Assembly (NCBI GenBank): GCA_963422395.1
Contig: OY729431.1
Coordinates: 2,080,001-2,144,000, forward strand
Reading direction: 5' to 3'
Source: Vicinamibacteria bacterium
Lineage (GTDB): Bacteria > Acidobacteriota > Vicinamibacteria > Marinacidobacterales > Marinacidobacteraceae
Length of the DNA stretch: 64,000 nucleotides
Below are positions 1 to 8,563 of this stretch, piece by piece. The position numbers and the translations under genes are program-made. The stretch's first letter is position 1, and each line of letters starts with the position of its first letter. The notes beneath the pieces are model-generated. The model saw nothing but the letters and a program-made list of their open reading frames with translations, did no database searches and had not been told where the DNA came from.

Positions 1-1
1 C

Positions 2-1507
2 TTCGATCCGCCGCCGACGCTCTCCGGCGGGATCCCGATCGGCAACGGTTTCGGCAGCCTTGTCGGGAGGGAAGTCGGGAGGGAAGTCGGGAGGGAAGTC
101 GGCAGCGGACCCGGCATTCGGGAAGGTATCCGGAACGGCTTGGAGACCGGGACCGGGGAGATCGGGATCGGGGTGGGCGGCGGGCAGCTCCTCCCGATCC
201 GCACTCCGGTGGCGGCGAGCGGTCTCGATCCCGAAGCGCACCGGGTGCTCGTCCCGCTCTTCCGGCAGCTCGGCATGGAGATCTCGCCCGGCGGCTTCGC
301 TGCGGCGCGGGTCCCGGGCGCTCCCTCGCAGTCCGCGCCGGACAGCACTCCGCTCGGCGCCGGCAGCCCGGTGGGCGCCACGCTGATCGGCGGCGATCTC
401 GTCTTCATGGCCAGTGGCACGGTGACCCATGTGGACGAGGCGACCGGCGAGGTCTATGCCTTCGGCCATCCCTTCACCGGCCTCGGCTCGGTCTCGATCC
501 CGATGCAGGAGGCGCGGGTCCAGGCCGCGGTCGCCTCGCTTTCGGGCTCCTTCCGGCTGGCGGGCGCCGGGGCTCCCCTCGGGGTCTGGCGGCAGGATCG
601 CGCCACCGGGATCCGCGGCCGGCTCGGAGACCGTGCCCGGACGATCCCGATGCGGATCGAGGTTCGGGGCAGCCGGGGCGGAATGCGGGAGTACTCGCTC
701 GAACTAGTGGATCACGACCTGCTGAGCCCCGCCCTGGCCTTCACCGGGTTGATTTCGATCCTGACCCAGGAGGAGCGCCCCGCCGGAACCCAGACCATCC
801 GGCTGGCGGCGCGTATCGGCCTCGAAAGCGGCCGGACGCTGCCCGTCGAGGATGTCTTCGCGACGGGCAGCGCGCCAGGAGGCCTCGGGCCGGCGATCTC
901 CCCGGCAGCGGCGCTCGTCGCCGCGCCCGTCGCGCTGCTGCTCGGCAATCCGGTGGAACGGATCCCGGTCCGCAGCATCGAAGTGCAGGTGACGGCCAGC
1001 GAGGAAGCCCGCAGCTCCCGCCTCAGTCGCGCCTGGATGCGTTCTTCGCGCGTTCGCGCCGGGGAAGCCGCCATCTTGCGGATCGCGGTCCGGGACTTTC
1101 GGGGCGCGGAACGGATCCGCGAGATCGAGGTTCCGATACCGGCGAGCGCAGCCGGACAGCGACTGCAGGTGCTCGTGGCCGACGCCTCGACCGTAACCGC
1201 CGCCGACCGGCGGGGAGGCCTCTCCACCATCCCCACCCGGGTGGAGCAGATCTTCCGCGCGATCGCCGAGCACCGCCGGCAGAGCCGACTCTATGTACGG
1301 CTCGTGGGCGGGGGCCGGGGTGCCGCCCTGGTCGGCGGCGAGTACCTCCCCTCGCTGCCGCCGAGCGTCCGGTCGGTGCTCTCCCGCGATTCCTCCGGAG
1401 GATTCACCCGCTCGCTGTCGGCCTCCGTGCTCTGGGAAGGGCAGCTGGACTTCGACGCCGCGGTCGCCGGGGCCCGCCAGCTGGCACTCGAGGTGGAACC
1501 CCGGTGA
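2..1507 (+). CDS. SpoIVB-like peptidase S55 family protein (5' truncated by window)
   Basis: The frame is open from position 2. Motifs ASGTVTHVD, VYAFGHPF and QDRATGIRG are typical of S55/SpoIVB-domain proteins. The stop overlaps the next start (GTGA). Confidence 0.75.
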   Translation, partial: FDPPPTLSGGIPIGNGFGSLVGREVGREVGREVGSGPGIREGIRNGLETGTGEIGIGVGGGQLLPIRTPVAASGLDPEAHRVLVPLFRQLGMEISPGGFAAARVPGAPSQSAPDSTPLGAGSPVGATLIGGDLVFMASGTVTHVDEATGEVYAFGHPFTGLGSVSIPMQEARVQAAVASLSGSFRLAGAGAPLGVWRQDRATGIRGRLGDRARTIPMRIEVRGSRGGMREYSLELVDHDLLSPALAFTGLISILTQEERPAGTQTIRLAARIGLESGRTLPVEDVFATGSAPGGLGPAISPAAALVAAPVALLLGNPVERIPVRSIEVQVTASEEARSSRLSRAWMRSSRVRAGEAAILRIAVRDFRGAERIREIEVPIPASAAGQRLQVLVADASTVTAADRRGGLSTIPTRVEQIFRAIAEHRRQSRLYVRLVGGGRGAALVGGEYLPSLPPSVRSVLSRDSSGGFTRSLSASVLWEGQLDFDAAVAGARQLALEVEPR

Positions 1508-3708
1508 GCCTCCACCGCGCCGCTCTAGCGGTCACCGTCGGCGCCCTGGCGCTCGTTTGCGGCCTGGCGGTCGGCGGCGGACGTGATTTCTGGCGCTTCG
1601 AGACCGCCGCAGACTTCCTCGCCGGGGAGAGCGACGGAGTCAGCATCGGCGCGTCCGGCCAGATCCGTCTGGCTCCGCTTCTGCGCAGCCTCCACGAGTC
1701 GGACCGCCCGTTCGTCTGGTCGGTCGCGGACGACGGAGCCGGGGGGGTGATCGCCGGGAGCGGCGCCGGCGGGCAGCTGGTCCGGATACGCGGGGAGGCG
1801 GCCGAAGTCCTCGCGGACACCGGCGGAGCGGGGATTCACGCGGTCGCAACCGCTGCTGACGGGACGATCTACTTCGCCGCCTCGCCGAACGGGAGCGTGC
1901 AGCGCATCCTGCCGAGCGGAGAACGGGCCGTCCACTTCGAACCCGAAGCCCGCTACCTCTGGGCGATCGCACCCGAACCCGGGGGCAGCATCCTGGTCGC
2001 CACCGGAATGCCGGCCGCGCTGCATCGGGTGCAGCCCTCGGGTGAGGCGGAGACGATCTTCACGACCCGGGAGGAGAACATCACCGCGCTCCACCGATCC
2101 GACGATGGGACGATCCATCTCGGCACCGAACCCTCCGGAATCGTCTTCCGAATCTCCTCGGACAGCGGCGCGATGGCGCTCTACGAAACTCCCCAGGAGG
2201 AGATCCGCGGGCTCGCGGTGAACGCGGCCGGCGAGGTGTTCGCCGCCGCGGTGGCCGAGTCGCCGGACCCGGGCACGGCGGCGGGGGCAGGATCTCCCGC
2301 GCTTCCGCAAGCGCCCGGCTCCCTCGCCGGCGTCGCCACCGCGACCTCGTTCCGGGTTCTGGAGCAGGCAGCTGCCGGTCCCGCCGCCGCCTCGCGGCCC
2401 GCGGCGAACGGGAGGGGCTCCGGGCGTCGGAACGCGCTCTACCGCATCGCCCCGAGCGGCGCGGCGGAAGTGATCTGGGAGTCCTCGACCGACCGGCCGC
2501 TGTCGCTCGCGATGCTCCGCGACGAGCGGTTGCTGCTCGGAACCGGCGACCGCGGCCGGCTCTATCGGATCACCCGCGACGGCGAAGCGACCCTGCTGCT
2601 CCGGGCGGATTCGGAACAGATCACCGCGGCGGTCTCGACGGGCGGCCGAACGCTGCTCGGCACCTCGAATCCGGGAAGGGTGCTCGAGGTCGCGGAGACG
2701 CACCGCACCGAAGGCCGATATCTCTCCCGCGTGCTCGACGCCGGCGGTGCGGCGCGCTTCGGCCGCATCTCGTGGGAGGCCCGGGTGCCTCCCGGCACCG
2801 CCCTGCTCCTCGAAACCCGCAGCGGCAACTCGGAAGACCCCGACGAAACCTGGAGCGACTGGCTCCCGGCGGAGGCCGACGCCGCGAACCCGAGCCCGGA
2901 CGCCCGTTTTCTGCAGTGGCGCGCGGTCCTGCGCTCGGACGGGGAAGCCTCGCCCGAGCTCAGGTCCCTGGAATCCGCCTACCTTCCGGTGAACCTCGCA
3001 CCGCGGGTGACCGGGATCACCCTCCATCCACCGGGACGCGCCTTCGAACAGCCCCTGAACACCGCTTCACCACAGCTTCGCGGGATGGACCCCCAGCCAG
3101 AGGCGACCGAGGCCGCCCGGCAGGGCCAACCCGGCGGCGGCCTGCCTCCGGCGAGCGGACGCATTCTCTACCGCCACGGAGTCCGCACCGCGACTTTCGA
3201 GGCCTCCGATCCGAACCGAGACCGCCTCCGCTTCCGGGTCTCCTACCGCCGTTTCGGCGAGGTCGCCTGGCAGCTGCTTCGCGAGGGGCTCCGCGAGGCG
3301 ATCGTCGCCTGGGACACCTCGCAGCTGCCCGACGGACGCTATGAACTGCGCGTCGAGGCCGAAGACACTCCGGACAACCCGCCGGGAGATGCCCTCGCCG
3401 GAAACCGCATCAGCCGGCCGTTCCCGATAGACAACACCCCGCCCACCATTTCCGGGCTCACCGCCTCGGCCGACGGGAGAATCCGGTTCACCGCCGCCGA
3501 CGCCGGAAGTCCGATCCGCCGAGCCTCGATCTTCGTGGACGGTGGTCCGGCCCGCGTCGTGCGGCCCGGTGACGGCATCGCGGATTCGCTGCGTGAAGAC
3601 TACGACGCCCGCATCGGGGATCTTCCGCCGAACGCAGTATCGGTGGTGGTGCGGGTCGAAGACGATCTCGGGAACTGGGTTGCGGGGGAGACCGCCGTCG
3701 GGCGCTGA
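1504..3708 (+). CDS. Secreted beta-propeller (WD40/SMP-30-like) protein with C-terminal Ig/FN3-like region
   Basis: Signal peptide and repeated GxIYxGT-like blades. C-terminal WDTSQLPDGRYELRVEAED and DNTPP motifs. Coupled to the S55 gene. Confidence 0.65.
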   Translation: MSLHRAALAVTVGALALVCGLAVGGGRDFWRFETAADFLAGESDGVSIGASGQIRLAPLLRSLHESDRPFVWSVADDGAGGVIAGSGAGGQLVRIRGEAAEVLADTGGAGIHAVATAADGTIYFAASPNGSVQRILPSGERAVHFEPEARYLWAIAPEPGGSILVATGMPAALHRVQPSGEAETIFTTREENITALHRSDDGTIHLGTEPSGIVFRISSDSGAMALYETPQEEIRGLAVNAAGEVFAAAVAESPDPGTAAGAGSPALPQAPGSLAGVATATSFRVLEQAAAGPAAASRPAANGRGSGRRNALYRIAPSGAAEVIWESSTDRPLSLAMLRDERLLLGTGDRGRLYRITRDGEATLLLRADSEQITAAVSTGGRTLLGTSNPGRVLEVAETHRTEGRYLSRVLDAGGAARFGRISWEARVPPGTALLLETRSGNSEDPDETWSDWLPAEADAANPSPDARFLQWRAVLRSDGEASPELRSLESAYLPVNLAPRVTGITLHPPGRAFEQPLNTASPQLRGMDPQPEATEAARQGQPGGGLPPASGRILYRHGVRTATFEASDPNRDRLRFRVSYRRFGEVAWQLLREGLREAIVAWDTSQLPDGRYELRVEAEDTPDNPPGDALAGNRISRPFPIDNTPPTISGLTASADGRIRFTAADAGSPIRRASIFVDGGPARVVRPGDGIADSLREDYDARIGDLPPNAVSVVVRVEDDLGNWVAGETAVGR

Positions 3709-4440
3709 CCGAGGGGGCGGGCCCCGGCGGCTTGCGGTCTTCGCTCGGGTGCCGGTCCCGGGCTCGGTCAAGACCCGGCTGGTACCGCGGCTCTCGCCCG
3801 CGGGCGCCGCCGCACTCTGCCGGGCCATGACCGAAGACCTGCTCGAGCGTCTCGCCGTCGGATTTCGGGAGAGGACGGCGGGAGCGCCCGCTCTCGAACT
3901 GCGCTGCGATGGCGGGCGAGAGCCCGCTTCGCTCGAGATCCCGCCGGAGTGGAAGGTCGAACCGCAGGGTTCCGGCAACCTCGGTGAGCGCCTCGTCCGC
4001 GCCGCCCGGGCCGCGGCCCGGATGGGGTGGAAGCGTTGGTGATCGTCGGCTCGGACGCCCCGCTGCTTCCACGGTCCCGGATCGAGGCGGCGTTCGACAC
4101 CCTCCGCAGCCGCGAAGCGGTCGCCGCCCCCGCCGAGGACGGCGGCTATGTCCTCATCGGCGTAGCACCAGCGCGCGTTCGCGCCGCCCGCCTCGACCGG
4201 CTCTTCTCCGGCATCCCTTGGGGAACGGACGAAGTCCTCGAAGCCACTCGCGCCCAGGCCGCGGCAGCGGCGCCGCCGATCGATCTCGCCGAACTGCCTG
4301 GCTTCTGGGATGTGGACCGCCCGGAGGATCTCGCCCGCCTCCACCGCGAAATCGCCGCGCTTGCCGCTCCGGACCGCCCCCGCCGCCTCGCCGAGCTGCT
4401 CCGACGCCTGCCTCCCGCGGAAGAGGCGAAGCCGGAGTGA
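3680..4440 (+). pseudogene. DUF2064/TIGR04282-family glycosyltransferase-like protein, frameshifted near 4015-4025
   Basis: The N-half (LAVFARVPVPGSVKTRL, QGSGNLGERL) is in one frame. The C-half (VIVGSDAP, PAEDGGYVLIG, IPWGT, DVDRPEDL) is in another. One extra base would restore a single ORF. Start approximate. Confidence 0.75.
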
Positions 4441-4476
4441 AGCACCGTCGCCGTTCCTCTCTTCCCGTCGATTTCG

Positions 4477-7458
4477 TCAGCGGGCGGCGGCGAGGGTGGC
4501 GGCGGCGGCTTCGAGCCGGGCCCGCAGGAGCTCGAAACGGCGGCGGTGCACCGAGGTGGGCGGTTCGAGGGTTCCCTGCCGCACCTCGTCACCGGTGAAC
4601 TCGCCGTAGAGACGGCCGAGGCGGGAGAGAGGCGAAGGGTTGCGGAAGCCTCCCCCGGGTCGCAGTTCCCGGAGCGCCTCGCGCGCCGACTCCGGCAATC
4701 CGTCCAGGGAAGGGGCGGCGGCCGCCGCGCGGCAGGCGCGCCCGATCGCGTCGTACACCTCGGCGAGGAAGGCGGCCCGCTCCCGGTAGGCAGCCTCGCT
4801 GACCGTCACCGACGGATCGAGTCGGACTTCGAGCGGCACGGTGAGCGCCCCGGCTGCCGTTTCGAGGCGGACCTCGTAGGCACCGGTCACGACCCGCGGC
4901 GCCCGCGCCCCGCAGACCCCGGATCCCGCGCCGTTTTCCGGACCGGCGGCCCCATCCCGGAGATCCGAGCGGAGATCCCAGACGATCCGCTGGAAGCCAG
5001 GCCGTGCCTCGAGGGGCAAGCGGGCCACCGCGGCGCCTTTTCCATCCCGAACTTCCACCGCCGCCGGCGGGTCGTCCCCGCCGGGCAGAAAGACGGTGAG
5101 GAGCGCTCCCCGCAGCGGATTTTCTCCGGCGTAGCGGGCCTGCGCCTCGTAGCTTTCGTGTTTCCAGGGCAGGAACAGATACGCGGGCCGCGGCTCGAAG
5201 AGCTCGGGGACGGCGGCTTCGGGATCGTGCCAGGCGAGCGGGGCGCTGTCGTCGAGGATGTAGAGCGACCGACCGTGGGTTCCGAACACCAGATCGCGTT
5301 CGCGCGGGTGGATCTCGATGTCGTCCACCGGCACCCGGGGCAGCCCGCCTCCCACGCGCATCCAGGACCGCCCCCGATCGAAGGACCAGAAGGCCCCCAC
5401 CTCCGAGCCCGCAATCAGGAAATTCTCGCCGAGCGGGTGCTCCACGATTTCGTTCACCCAGCCTCGCGGCAGCCCGGCACCGATGGCCGTGAAGCTCGCT
5501 CCCCGGTCCTCCGAGACGAAGACCCAGGGGGCGAAGTCCCCGAGGTGATGTCGATCCACCGCCACATAGAGCCGATCTTCGGCGTGGGCCGAGGGAGTGA
5601 CCCTGCTGATCGTCGCCCGGCGGGCTTCGATGGGCAGCTCGGCTTCGAGGAACACCCAGGTCTCGCCGTCGTCGTCCGAGCGCGCGAGCCGACCGTCATC
5701 CGAGCCGACATAGAGGAGGCCCGGCGCCAGCGGCGATTCGGCGAGGGTGGTGAGGGTGCCCCAGTGGCTCACTCCGTCGTGCATCGAGAGCATCCCCTCG
5801 GCCGGTAGCACTCCGAGGATCGGCAGCTCGCTGCGGTCCTCGCGGAGCGTCAGGTCGCGGGTCGCCCGCCACTCGCTGCCCAGATCCTCGGACAGGAACA
5901 GCCGGTTGCCGCCGAAATAGACCCGGCCCGGCCGGTGCGGAGACACCCCCACCGGCGAGAGCCAGTGGAAGCGGTACCCGTCCTCCCCCTCCTCGGGAAA
6001 CGGCCGCACCGGAGTCCGGTTGCCGGTCGCCGTGTCGATGCGGACGAGGTTCCCGTTCTGTGAAGAGGTCAGCGCGATCCCGGGTTCTGCCGCGACCGCT
6101 TCCTGATCCATACCGTCGCCGAAGTTCGTCTGCCGCCAGTCGCTGTTGAGGATGCCGGCCTGATTGCGGGTGGCCGAGGGACCGACCCAGGAATGGGTGT
6201 CCTGCGCCCCGCCGTAGATGTTGTACGGGAACTCCAGGTCGAGCGAGATCGCATAGAACTGGGCCAGCGGGAGGTTGTTCATCTTCCGCCACGAGCGGCC
6301 CCGATCCCAGGACTCGTGGATCCCGCCGTCATTTCCCAGCAGCAGGTGGGAGCCGGCAGCGGGATCCACCCACAGCGCGTGATGATCGCCATGCACGCCG
6401 ATGTCGTAGGTCGGCGTCATGTCCCGGTTTTCGCGGAAGGTGCGGCCCCCGTCGTCCGAGAGGTGCAGCTGGGACCCCAGCACATAGACCCGTCGGGGGT
6501 CGCTCGGGTCCACTTCGATGTGCGAGTAGTACATGGGGCGCGGATTCAGATCGGAGATGCGTTCCCAGGAGGCGCCCCGGTCCCGCGACCGCCAGACCCC
6601 GGACTCGGTGGCGTGCTCGACCAGAGCGAACACGCTGAGCGGGTCGGACTCGGCGATTTCGAGCCCGATCCGGCCGATCGGCCCTTCCGGCAGCCCGCCG
6701 CCGAGCCGCTCCCAGGTATCACCCCCGTCCTGGCTGCGGAAGATCCCCCCTTCGGGGCCTCCACCGTTGAAACCCCAGGGCGTCCGCCGCCGGGTGTAGG
6801 CGGCGGCATAGAGGAGCGCCGGATTCCGCGGATCCATTTCGAGATCCACCACTCCGGTGTCGCCGGATATCTCGAGCACCTGCTCCCAGCGGGCGCCGCC
6901 GTCGTCGGTGCGGAAGACACCGCGCTGTCCTCCCGAACGCCAAAGCGGCCCGAGCGCCGCCACGAAGGCGCGCAGGGGCCGGTGGGGGTCCACCACGATC
7001 CGGCCGATGTGTTCGCTCTCGTCGAGGCCCGTGTGGCGAAACGAGTCGCCGCCGTCGAACGAGAGGTACACCCCGTCGCCGAACGACGAACTCTGCCGGT
7101 TCGCCGGCTCTCCCGTTCCCACCCAGACCGTCGCCGGATCCGAGGGCGAAAGCGCCACCGCTCCGATCGAGGTGGTGCCGTAGTGATCGAAAAGCGGATC
7201 CCAGCGCACCCCGCCCGTCCGGGTGCGGAAAAGTCCGCCCGAAGCGGTCGCGACATAGAACTCCCAGGGACGGCCGGGCACCACCGCCAGATCGGAGATC
7301 CGCCCCGCCATCACCGCCGGTCCGATGGAGCGCAGCGACAGATCGTCCATCACCGGCGGACGGTTCGATCCTTGAGCGGCGGCCGGAGCGGCGGCTCCGA
7401 AGATCGGCGCCGCAACGAGCAGGAGTCGAGATGCGGCGGCAAGAACGCGGTGGGTCAT
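4477..7458 (-). CDS. VPS10/sortilin-like BNR (Asp-box) repeat protein, secreted glycosyl hydrolase-like
   Basis: Signal peptide, RSIGP..MAGRISD N-terminal motif, many SxDGGxTW repeats, LVFGTHGRS motif. Confidence 0.85.
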   Translation of the reverse strand: MTHRVLAAASRLLLVAAPIFGAAAPAAAQGSNRPPVMDDLSLRSIGPAVMAGRISDLAVVPGRPWEFYVATASGGLFRTRTGGVRWDPLFDHYGTTSIGAVALSPSDPATVWVGTGEPANRQSSSFGDGVYLSFDGGDSFRHTGLDESEHIGRIVVDPHRPLRAFVAALGPLWRSGGQRGVFRTDDGGARWEQVLEISGDTGVVDLEMDPRNPALLYAAAYTRRRTPWGFNGGGPEGGIFRSQDGGDTWERLGGGLPEGPIGRIGLEIAESDPLSVFALVEHATESGVWRSRDRGASWERISDLNPRPMYYSHIEVDPSDPRRVYVLGSQLHLSDDGGRTFRENRDMTPTYDIGVHGDHHALWVDPAAGSHLLLGNDGGIHESWDRGRSWRKMNNLPLAQFYAISLDLEFPYNIYGGAQDTHSWVGPSATRNQAGILNSDWRQTNFGDGMDQEAVAAEPGIALTSSQNGNLVRIDTATGNRTPVRPFPEEGEDGYRFHWLSPVGVSPHRPGRVYFGGNRLFLSEDLGSEWRATRDLTLREDRSELPILGVLPAEGMLSMHDGVSHWGTLTTLAESPLAPGLLYVGSDDGRLARSDDDGETWVFLEAELPIEARRATISRVTPSAHAEDRLYVAVDRHHLGDFAPWVFVSEDRGASFTAIGAGLPRGWVNEIVEHPLGENFLIAGSEVGAFWSFDRGRSWMRVGGGLPRVPVDDIEIHPRERDLVFGTHGRSLYILDDSAPLAWHDPEAAVPELFEPRPAYLFLPWKHESYEAQARYAGENPLRGALLTVFLPGGDDPPAAVEVRDGKGAAVARLPLEARPGFQRIVWDLRSDLRDGAAGPENGAGSGVCGARAPRVVTGAYEVRLETAAGALTVPLEVRLDPSVTVSEAAYRERAAFLAEVYDAIGRACRAAAAAPSLDGLPESAREALRELRPGGGFRNPSPLSRLGRLYGEFTGDEVRQGTLEPPTSVHRRRFELLRARLEAAAATLAAAR

Positions 7459-7558
7459 GGCGGTTCTCCCTGGGCGCCGGATTATCAGGGGTTCCCCCGC
7501 ACCCCTTCCCCTCTATCCCGGCAAGCCCGCGTTCGGTGAAGCCCGCGTTCCCGCCACG

Positions 7559-8563
7559 CTATCCGATCCCGTAGCGCTGGAGCTTCTGCCAAAGCCCCTG
7601 TCGGGAAATCCCGAGCTCCTTCGCCGCCCGCGCCCGACTGCCCGCGGCGCGGCCGAGCGCCCGCAGGATCAGGAGCCGCTCGAACGCCGCCCGGGCGGCA
7701 GCCAGCCGTCGGATTTCGAGCACCGCGAGCAGCGGGTCGGACCCCTGGGCGTCGTCCTCTGCGTCCGCGCCGGGAGCCCGCAGCACCGGAAGCACCTCCG
7801 GTTCGATCCGCGGCGCGCCCGGACCACGCAACAGGGCGCCGGCGAGCACCGACTCGAGTTCCCGGACATTGCCCGGCCAGTCGTGGCGAAGGAGTCTTTC
7901 GAGCGCTGCCGGCGTGAGGCGCGGCTCCGCGACCCGGTAGCGGCGGGCCAACCGGGTGAGGATCGCTGCGGCGAGCTCCGGCAGCTCGTCCTTCCGTTGG
8001 CGCAGCGGCGGCAGCAGCAGACGCAACACCCGCAGCCGGTAGAAGAGATCGGCGCGGAACTGTCCGACCGCAACCAGTTCTCCGAGGGGGCGGTGGGTCG
8101 CGGCGAGCAGCCGGAAATCGGAACGCCGCACACGAGCCTCCCCTACCCTGCGGAACTCGCTCTCCTGCAGCGCTCGGAGCAGCAGCGACTGACCGCGCGC
8201 AGAGAGATCCCCCACCTCGTCGAGAAAGAGCGTGCCCCCGTCCGCTGCTTCGAGGAGCCCGGCACGGGCCGTTTCGGCTCCGGTGAACGCACCCCGCGCG
8301 TGCCCGAAGAACTCGGCCTCGAGTAGTCCGTCGGGAACCGCAGCGCAGTTGACCGCGATCAGCGCGCGGGTTCGCCGAAGGCTCCGGTCGTGCAGATAGC
8401 GGGCGAGCAACTCCTTGCCCGAACCGGTCTCGCCCTCGATCAGCACTGGAACATCGAAAGGGGCGATGCGCCCGGCGTCGGCGAGCAGCGCCCGCATCGC
8501 CGCCGAGCGGGCGACGATGGGGGGAGCCGCGGCGCCGCTAGCCGCGTTCGCGGACGACCGCAC
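7559..8563 (-). CDS. Sigma-54-dependent activator (AAA+ and Fis HTH, no N-terminal sensor)
   Basis: Walker A GETGSGKE, GAFTGA loop, Walker B LFLDEV, FRADLFYRL, WPGNVREL, C-terminal HTH (AAKELGISRQGLWQKL). Confidence 0.9.
   Translation of the reverse strand: MRSSANAASGAAAPPIVARSAAMRALLADAGRIAPFDVPVLIEGETGSGKELLARYLHDRSLRRTRALIAVNCAAVPDGLLEAEFFGHARGAFTGAETARAGLLEAADGGTLFLDEVGDLSARGQSLLLRALQESEFRRVGEARVRRSDFRLLAATHRPLGELVAVGQFRADLFYRLRVLRLLLPPLRQRKDELPELAAAILTRLARRYRVAEPRLTPAALERLLRHDWPGNVRELESVLAGALLRGPGAPRIEPEVLPVLRAPGADAEDDAQGSDPLLAVLEIRRLAAARAAFERLLILRALGRAAGSRARAAKELGISRQGLWQKLQRYGIG

Noticed and set aside
4010-4030. Programmed frameshift in the DUF2064 gene
   Set aside because: No slippery heptamer. 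A single-base indel, from sequencing error or recent mutation, is simpler.
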